From positions 1 to 32,380 of the forward strand of contig DUOF01000143.1 in assembly GCA_012839015.1 (NCBI GenBank): 32,380 bases of DNA. The letters run 5' to 3'. The notes under the pieces are model-generated. The model had not been told where the DNA came from. It saw only the letters and a program-made list of their open reading frames with translations, and did not search any database. Made by a program: the position numbers and the translations under genes. Position 1 is the stretch's first letter. Each line of letters begins with the position of its first letter. This DNA comes from a bacterium (GTDB taxonomy: Bacteria; Bacillota_I; Bacilli_A; RFN20; DUOF01). Below are positions 26,400 to 32,380 of this stretch, piece after piece.

Positions 26400-26814
26400 T
26401 CAGCTTCTCAGCGACTTCTTCTAGTGAATCAGACGCATCTTCGTAGTACTTGTCCCACATTTCTTTTGACCAAATCTCAATACGGTTTAATACTCCTACA
26501 ATTACGCATTCTTTAGTAATGCTAGCTCCTTGAAGCAAGTTGTTTGATAAGTTAATTCTTCCTTGCTTATCAAATTCAACCTCATTAGCACTTCCTACAA
26601 GAACCCTTACATGTTTACGTGCATCCATCGTATTGGCAGGTAATGCCAGTAATGATGTTTGAAATTTATTCCATTCATCTAGCGAAAATAGTGACAAACA
26701 TCCATCAAAGCCCTTGGTAACAACTACTTTACTCGATAGCTTCTCTCTTAGTTTGGCTGGTATGATAATACGTCCCTTGTCATCTATATTATGTAGATAT
26801 TGTCCCATTAACAT
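26383..26814 (-). CDS. mraZ: Transcriptional regulator MraZ
   Basis: MLMGQYLHNIDDKGRIIIPAKLR... and a second SpoVT/AbrB-type repeat, DKQGRINLSNNLL. ATG at 26814 gives the canonical MxMG start. The track start at 26826 is a GTG inside the SD/operator. Confidence 0.94.
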   Translation of the reverse strand: MLMGQYLHNIDDKGRIIIPAKLREKLSSKVVVTKGFDGCLSLFSLDEWNKFQTSLLALPANTMDARKHVRVLVGSANEVEFDKQGRINLSNNLLQGASITKECVIVGVLNRIEIWSKEMWDKYYEDASDSLEEVAEKLSGYGN

Positions 26815-26822
26815 ATTACCAC

Positions 26823-26849
26823 CCACTTTCTACCACTTTCTACCACCTG
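26823..26849 (-). promoter_or_regulatory. Three 10-bp-phased direct repeats, candidate MraZ operator
   Basis: Minus strand CAGGTGG-tag-AAAGTGG-tag-AAAGTGG (plus-strand ccacttt at 26823 and 26833, ccacctg at 26843). The repeats lie between the predicted -10 and the mraZ SD. Confidence 0.6.
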
Positions 26850-26856
26850 CAACCTC

Positions 26857-26884
26857 ATTATAGCATAAAAGACCCCATTGTAAA
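26857..26884 (-). promoter_or_regulatory. Putative sigma-A promoter of the mraZ operon (Pmra)
   Basis: Minus strand has TTTACA (26884..26879), a 16-nt spacer ending in TGC, then TATAAT (26862..26857). Confidence 0.6.
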
Positions 26885-27068
26885 CATTTTTTAATAAAAT
26901 TTTGTTAATTTTTATAAAAGTTAAATTTACACACTTTTATCACCTAATAATTAGTTATCAATCAGCGATAGTCACTGGATTCGTGTGCGTTTTGTGTGAT
27001 TTATTTAAAAGACGGTTAACAACCATGTGCTACCATTAAACCTCATATTTTAATATAGAGGTGTATAG

Positions 27069-27311
27069 ATGAATTGTAATTACAATCGCAGATTGTGGTT
27101 GTGGAGGTATTGTTTTATAAAATGTCTATGTTGGATTAAGTTAGTGTTTTTCTTTTTCCTAAGTTTACTTACAGTAGCTCTTATCGTTCTTAGATTAATA
27201 GGAGTTATTACGTGGCCATGGTGGTTAGTTTTACTTCCTCTTTGGGGTCCACTTTTACTACTACTGATAACACTTATTTTCTATATTGTCAGTTTAACGT
27301 TCACAGAATAG
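27069..27311 (+). CDS. Small hydrophobic Trp-rich membrane protein (hypothetical)
   Basis: 80 aa. AGAGGTG lies 6 nt upstream of the ATG. Two TM segments surround ITWPWWLVLLPLWGP, and the N-terminus is Cys/Trp-rich. Confidence 0.45.
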   Translation: MNCNYNRRLWLWRYCFIKCLCWIKLVFFFFLSLLTVALIVLRLIGVITWPWWLVLLPLWGPLLLLLITLIFYIVSLTFTE

Positions 27312-27450
27312 ATCTGTAAGTCAAAAAGACTGTTACCTTAGCTAATAGTCTTTCTTACTTTAGTTTACCTTTTCCCTAAATGTATTCTAAATGGAGAAGG
27401 TATTTAATAAAATTAATACTCGCAAAATGGTGCTAGAAATAAGTAAATTT

Positions 27451-27458
27451 TGTATAAT
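27451..27458 (+). promoter_or_regulatory. Extended -10 element (TGTATAAT) upstream of the HAD-phosphatase operon
   Basis: TGTATAAT lies 19 nt upstream of ATG 27477, with GGAGATGAG as the SD. Confidence 0.4.
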
Positions 27459-27476
27459 TGAAATGGAGATGAGTAA

Positions 27477-28280
27477 ATGAGTAAGATTATTGCCACCGAT
27501 TTAGACGGTACATTTCTTTATCCGAAGCGTAAATTTTTCTTAGTAGACAAACGCTACAAAAAAATAATCAATCGATATCCTGGTGAAATTGTTTTTGCTA
27601 CTGGCAGGGGTGACAGGTTCTGTCGCCGCATTAATCGATTGTTAGATGCTAAAGAAAATTACATCTGTTTTAATGGTGCTCTAGTTATTAGAGATGGTGA
27701 GATAATTTTTAGACATTCTTTAAGGAAAGTTGCCCTTACCCATTTATACAACTACGTACTTGAAAATTACAGTGGTATTCATTTCTACTTGTTTGATAAT
27801 AAAAATAGAATCGTTCTAAGTGGCAACACTAGTAAATATTTAATGTATAAATCTTATATAAAGAGAATTTTTAGAAGTGGAAGATATAGCGAGTTTTTTA
27901 ATATTAGTCAAAAGCTAACTAATACCCTTTTAAGGGACGAAACCAGTATTTACAAGGCGATGATATATGTCGATAAAAACTTAGAAAATATTTACTATGA
28001 TTTAATCAAGAACTTCGGTGAGTATTTTAACTTTTATCTAAATCTATCCTCGATAGAGATTTCCCCTAAAGGTGTTTCTAAGGGGACAGCTTTAGAGTTT
28101 CTAATAAAAGAAATGGGAATCGATAAGAGTGATGTCCTGGTCGCAGGCAATGATCAAAATGATTTGACCTTATTTGAGATGTTCGAGAATTCCTTTGCTA
28201 TTAGAAATAGCGAAGGATTAATTAAAAACAAAGCAAAATACGTTATTAATGATTTTGCTGAGATTGAAAAATATTTGTAG
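27477..28280 (+). CDS. Cof-type HAD-IIB family phosphatase
   Basis: 267 aa. Motif I TDLDGT, ATGR, the cap region, and motif IV GNDQNDLTLFEM. Confidence 0.85.
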   Translation: MSKIIATDLDGTFLYPKRKFFLVDKRYKKIINRYPGEIVFATGRGDRFCRRINRLLDAKENYICFNGALVIRDGEIIFRHSLRKVALTHLYNYVLENYSGIHFYLFDNKNRIVLSGNTSKYLMYKSYIKRIFRSGRYSEFFNISQKLTNTLLRDETSIYKAMIYVDKNLENIYYDLIKNFGEYFNFYLNLSSIEISPKGVSKGTALEFLIKEMGIDKSDVLVAGNDQNDLTLFEMFENSFAIRNSEGLIKNKAKYVINDFAEIEKYL

Positions 28281-28291
28281 TGGGGGATAAC

Positions 28292-28831
28292 ATGGATAAG
28301 GAAAAAGAACTATCTATCGATGCTAGAAATTTATATTTATCTTTTTATGATCTTCAGTTTGAAAAGTTCAAACTTGACATAAACACTATTTTTGCTTCCT
28401 TTAAAAACAAGAACTATTTAAGTTTTGGTTATGAACAAGCTTATGAAGATAAGAAAAATAATCTTGAAAGGTATTTAGACTCATTAACTGATGGACTTAT
28501 TTTTGATGATGCCCAGAAACTATATGATATTTATTATTCTGATAGTGTTGAAGAGGCTTATTGCTATATTGAGAACTATAATATGAACACCGATCAATTT
28601 ATTGAAGTAATCTTAAATAAAAATGATGCCGTTGTAACTGAATTAGAAAAATTAATCTATCGAATAGATAATGATAAAAGCCGTTTCTCTAATATTAGTG
28701 ACACTGATAAAGTAACTTTGAAAAGCGCTATTAGGAAATATATTAATCGAATGTTAGACTTCTCCCATTCTATTAATATATTAATGAGTGATTTTATTAG
28801 CGATATCGAAGAAATCAAATTTGTAGACTAA
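28292..28831 (+). CDS. Hypothetical acidic all-helical protein
   Basis: 179 aa from ATG 28292, preceded by GGGGGA. The track start at 28280 is a GTG overlapping the HAD stop. No TM segment and no recognised motif. Confidence 0.55.
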   Translation: MDKEKELSIDARNLYLSFYDLQFEKFKLDINTIFASFKNKNYLSFGYEQAYEDKKNNLERYLDSLTDGLIFDDAQKLYDIYYSDSVEEAYCYIENYNMNTDQFIEVILNKNDAVVTELEKLIYRIDNDKSRFSNISDTDKVTLKSAIRKYINRMLDFSHSINILMSDFISDIEEIKFVD

Positions 28832-28863
28832 CTAATTTATTAACATAGAACAGGAGTAAAATT

Positions 28864-29604
28864 ATGAATGATACCAGTTTAATAGTACTAGACTTAACTA
28901 AATCTAATCAGCAAATAAGCGAGCTTATCGAACTTGCTCATACTACTTATGAATATAAGGAGGATCTAGTTGATAAAGCTTTTTTAGATTTGCATAAGAG
29001 TTTTAAAAACGGCTTTCTAAGTAACCTGATTGACCATCTTTTTGATGATCCTAAAGTAATAAAGAGAGTCCTTTCAGGACTTTTTAGATATTATGAATCT
29101 AATAAGAAGATGCTTAAAATGATTGAGTCTAAAAAAGTTAAAGATAAACTTAGTTATATCCACACTATAATCGAATCTCATGATTGTTTAGAGGCCATCA
29201 ACAAATCATTTATTGATCAAAACGAGGGCTTAGATAATAAACTAATTGAATTAATTGGAGTCGGTAACGAACTATATATTGGTTCACTAACATTTGCAGT
29301 ATTTAATTTATTATCAGAATACCTAAAAAAGGACAGCCCTTTTATATACCGTGATGCTGATATTAAGGAATGCCTATATATCTTAGTGTATTGTCAAAAA
29401 GTAAATAAAGACGCTGATGAATTAGGAGAACTACTAGATGATGCTTTCAACTTCTTAAATGACAAAGAAAATCTAAATGAAACTAACGAAACTAAGTTTC
29501 TTGAGATGTATAAAGCGGTTTCTAAAATATGTGTAGACTTAGAATTAAAGAGAAGTGAACTCTATAATGACTTAACCTCTAAAATAAAAAATGAAAACAA
29601 TTGA
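28864..29604 (+). CDS. Hypothetical acidic helical protein
   Basis: 246 aa. AGGAG lies 8 nt upstream. No recognised motif. Confidence 0.6.
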   Translation: MNDTSLIVLDLTKSNQQISELIELAHTTYEYKEDLVDKAFLDLHKSFKNGFLSNLIDHLFDDPKVIKRVLSGLFRYYESNKKMLKMIESKKVKDKLSYIHTIIESHDCLEAINKSFIDQNEGLDNKLIELIGVGNELYIGSLTFAVFNLLSEYLKKDSPFIYRDADIKECLYILVYCQKVNKDADELGELLDDAFNFLNDKENLNETNETKFLEMYKAVSKICVDLELKRSELYNDLTSKIKNENN

Positions 29605-29650
29605 TAGAAAGAATATATTTTGCTACTATCTATAGGTAAGGATGATGAAA

Positions 29651-29929
29651 ATGAATAGAAAAAACAACAAAAGTTTAGCAATTATTATTAAGATAGTTTT
29701 TTATTTGGTGCTAGTAGTTTGGCTTGCATCACTAGTGTTAGCCTATATTGGTAGTTTCTCCCCAGGACTTAGTGAAACTATCGTGGAATTCCTAAAACTA
29801 AATGAAGATCTAAGTTTGGATAATGCCCTACTATATTATTCACAAAGATATTTAATTATCTCTGGTATAGTACTAGCAGTTATCTTACTATTTAATGAGA
29901 TCAAGAAAAGATATATTGATAAGAAGTAA
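29651..29929 (+). CDS. Small two-TM membrane protein (hypothetical)
   Basis: About 92 aa. AAGGA lies 9 nt before ATG 29651; the track start is 29642. TM helices LAIIIKIVFYLVLVVWLASLVLAYIG and LIISGIVLAVILLF. Confidence 0.5.
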   Translation: MNRKNNKSLAIIIKIVFYLVLVVWLASLVLAYIGSFSPGLSETIVEFLKLNEDLSLDNALLYYSQRYLIISGIVLAVILLFNEIKKRYIDKK

Positions 29930-29949
29930 CTCATAATCTTAATTTAATT

Positions 29950-29976
29950 AAAGTAACCGCTGGTTACTTTTTTTAT
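29950..29976 (+). terminator. Intrinsic terminator closing the HAD operon
   Basis: AAGTAACC-gct-GGTTACTT followed by TTTTTT. Confidence 0.75.
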
Positions 29977-30055
29977 TACTATATCCATCTTAAAGATAAA
30001 GTTTAGATAATATTGAAACTAAAGAACATAGGTTGTCTTATAAAGGGGTGACTAG

Positions 30056-31043
30056 ATGATAAAGGTAATAGTTGATAAAAGAACTGAGTTATTAGGGATA
30101 ATTTTACTCATTATTAAATACAAAAAAAGGTATCCGAGTCTAGTAAAGGAACAGGGAAACGATCAATACCGAGATTTTATAATTAATAATTTTTCTTGCT
30201 ACAAGAAAAGTAAAACCATCAAGATCTTCAACAAATTAATTAAGAAGTACTGTTTCAACTATGATCACCAGTTCATTTATTTTTACAGTTAGATGAAAAC
30301 TTTAAGGCAGGAATACTAGCTGATTACCCTTTTAAGGAAAGACTAAACTTAGATAAATTAGTCCTAGATTTAATCGATAGTTTACCTGAGTTTGTGAATT
30401 TAATAAACTTTGAGGATTACTATAAAAATAATGAGCAACTTTACCATAAGTTTATCAATGAGGTAGAAGAACACATAAAGAATAAACAGCTTTGGCAGTT
30501 TGTAAGAAATTACGTGGGCATTAATAGTAACTTTAACTATTTAGTTAATTTGTTGCCTTATAATACCGGTGGTAACTATGGTGCAATAGTAGGAAATAAT
30601 GTTTATTGTAACTTACGTATAAGGCTAACCCCTAATTTAAAAGAAAGTACCTTTATAGGGAGTAACCCTGCCACGTTTGATTCAATGATAGTTCACGAGT
30701 TCTCACATCCCTTCATTAATCCACTTACTGATAAATATATTGAGCATATAAGTCAAAAAGTGTTTGCCAATATTAGAGAAAAAATGAAGCAACTCCCATA
30801 TCATCTTAAGGAGACCCTCATTAATGAACATGTAATAAGAGCATTAAGGCTAGGTATATAGATTTAAATTATGGTAAGCAAGAAGCAGATAACTTCATAG
30901 ATAAGGAATACAAAAATGGTTTTATATATATTGGAAACATCGAAAACACTTTGAAAGTGTATGAAGAAAACAGGAATAAATATAGAACTATTGAAGATTA
31001 TTACGATAAGATTATCGAAAGTTTTAATATAGACCCAGATTAG
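30056..31043 (+). pseudogene. HExxH protein (DUF4932-like by recollection) broken by two frameshifts
   Basis: Three consecutive frames read through as one protein. Frame 2 ends ...KKYCFNYD. Frame 1 reads PVHLFLQLDENFKAG...MIVHEFSHPFINPL...VIRALRL. Frame 0 reads YIDLNYGKQEADNFIDKEYKNGFIYIGNIENTLKVYEENRNKYRTIEDYYDKIIESFNIDPD*. The shifts are near 30266 and 30855. A single SD (AAAGGGGTG) sits at 30056. Confidence 0.6.
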
Positions 31044-31177
31044 TAGATTATAGTAATTTGGAGACTACATTTTTATCTATTGGTGAATCTTGTCGTATAT
31101 CGTTATTATTATCAGCAAATATGGTTTGTTTTGTATTTTAAAACTTTTATCTATGTTACAATAGAATTGGTGATTTA

Positions 31178-32380
31178 TATGAAAATAAAGAATTTTATAT
31201 TTCTTTTAATTGTTGCAATTTTTATCTCTGCCTGTGAAATTAGTTTAGATTTTGCACCCGGAGAGTTAGTACCTAATGAAAATGGTACCATAGATACAGA
31301 CCCTAATGATAATACTCCAGGGGACGATGAAAACCCTGGTGAAGTTATTGTACCACCAGTTGATGAATATGTATTGTTTTCAAGTTTAGAAGAGCCGATA
31401 AGTGAGACTCAATTCACCTCAAATGTTTATCCAGAGGATGTTATAACCCTTGAATCATTTGAAATTGAACTTATTGAAAATAATTTTTTAAATACTCAGT
31501 TCCATGAGCTTGGTTCTGTTTATTATTCAACGACCTATGAAACCTATTATGTTTCTTTTAAGTCGCTAGAAGGTGGAGAGTATTTATCAACCTATGATTT
31601 ATACTTAATTGAAAGACATGCCATAGCTTACTTTCAAAGCGACAGTAATAGAAGTGAAGACAAAGATTACCTAAAGTATGTTCTATTTTATCCAGATCAA
31701 ATAAGTATGTGCGGATATTCAGAATACAGCACGATTAGCGGCTGTGCCGATTATGGTGGAGAATATGCTACTATCATCATTAATGATATAACTTCTATGG
31801 ATGAGTTTCTAAATCCAATAATGGACGGAATCTATCAGTATGAACCTAAAAGGGATACCTTTGCTCATGAATACGGACATGTTTCAACTTTCTACCACAT
31901 GATCTATAAAGGTGATGCCTCATACGAAGATTACTTAAAAATAAGACTAAAGGATAAGTATGATGAGGTTTATCCTGATGGGATACCTAGTAGATATAGT
32001 TCCAGTGATGACTATTACATCCAACCAGAGGAAATACTAGCAGATGACTTTGTAGAACTATTCTATCTTACCGATATTAAATATGAAGGTGATGATCCAA
32101 ATTATATTTTAAACTATCAAGACATGCGCAATTCCCTTAATATTGACGCTACAAAAGACATAGCATACCTAAATGAAAATCTAGAACTTAAAAATGAGAT
32201 AAAAGGATACTATACTAGCAATTTCTACTATTTGAGTAGAACTAGTGAGTATTTCCCGATTGTCATTAAAGCAAAGAATAGTGGTATAATAAATTACTTT
32301 GATAGCCCTGCTCATTTAGGTAATGATGACAATTTAAAAACTATTACTACTAGTGGCACTGTAAAACTAATAGCGTTAGA
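31178..32380 (+). CDS. Putative lipoprotein zinc metallopeptidase (HEYGH), partial, runs off the right edge
   Basis: ATG 31178. Signal peptide plus lipobox MKIKNFIFLLIVAIFISAC, then an acidic Pro/Asp/Asn linker, then TFAHEYGHVSTFYH (HExxH). The frame is open for about 400 codons to the window end. It is not in the ORF track because there is no stop. Confidence 0.7.

Noticed and set aside
26885-27068. Strand-switch region (minus-strand genes to the left, plus-strand genes to the right) as a possible replication origin with DnaA boxes
   Set aside because: Only poor matches to TTATNCACA are present (TTATCACCT, TGTGTGATT). There is no dnaA or dnaN nearby and no AT-rich unwinding repeats. Plus-strand genes also occur further left.
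27324-27354. Hairpin AAAGACT-N15-AGTCTTT after the 80-aa ORF as a terminator
   Set aside because: It has a 7-bp AT-rich stem with a 15-nt loop and a poor T-run. That is too weak to annotate.
27427-27480. 17-codon uORF (MVLEISKFCIIEMEMSK) whose TGA overlaps the HAD phosphatase ATG
   Set aside because: It has no SD, and it contains the best -10 element for the operon, so the two models are mutually exclusive. It is most likely a chance ORF.
1-32380. Search by eye for CRISPR arrays, tRNA/rRNA genes, transposases, integrases, phage genes, and restriction-modification or known defence genes
   Set aside because: There are no spaced direct repeats and no tRNA T-loop or acceptor patterns. No ORF carries recombinase, transposase or nuclease/helicase defence-type motifs. 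The only repeat families seen are the MraZ boxes and the three palindromes reported above.

Overview
AT-rich bacterial chromosome segment. It uses the standard genetic code: TGA serves as a stop codon and all conserved genes are intact under table 11. Gene content and local order look like a strongly compacted Bacillus-type (Bacilli / Erysipelotrichia / Acholeplasma-Izemoplasma-like) genome. Almost everything from 1 to 26.8 kb is housekeeping and sits on the minus strand. In order: ileS (truncated at the left edge, with a T-box leader), an FMN reductase, sepF, a forespore-type (SigF/SigG-like) sigma factor, parC-parE, plsY, yneF, a SirA/YneE-like ORF, tkt, a ynzC-like mini-ORF missing from the ORF track, a DUF421 protein, ruvB-ruvA, a lipoprotein, pnp, truB, a TtcA-like PP-loop ATPase, rpsU, deoC, mtaB, rsmE, ftsZ, ftsA, divIB, ftsL, rsmH and mraZ.

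The most informative feature is the dcw cluster. Every peptidoglycan gene normally found between ftsL and divIB is absent. In their place are two tandem intrinsic terminators and a 50-codon relic of the murB C-terminus. Three 10-bp-phased (A)AAGTGG boxes, which look like an MraZ operator, sit in the mraZ leader.

Two stretches look accessory or uncharacterised:
- 17.7-18.8 kb holds a split pair of small ORFs bracketed by three near-identical TGTAGA..TCTACA palindromes, plus a 365-nt hairpin-rich non-coding stretch.
- 27-32.4 kb, on the plus strand, holds a tiny Trp-rich membrane protein, then a HAD phosphatase operon with two orphan acidic helical proteins and a small membrane protein, then a twice-frameshifted HExxH (DUF4932-like) pseudogene, then a partial HEYGH lipoprotein running off the right edge.

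I saw no rRNA, tRNA, CRISPR array, transposase or integrase. All family assignments come from motif recognition and remembered synteny. No homology search was possible.
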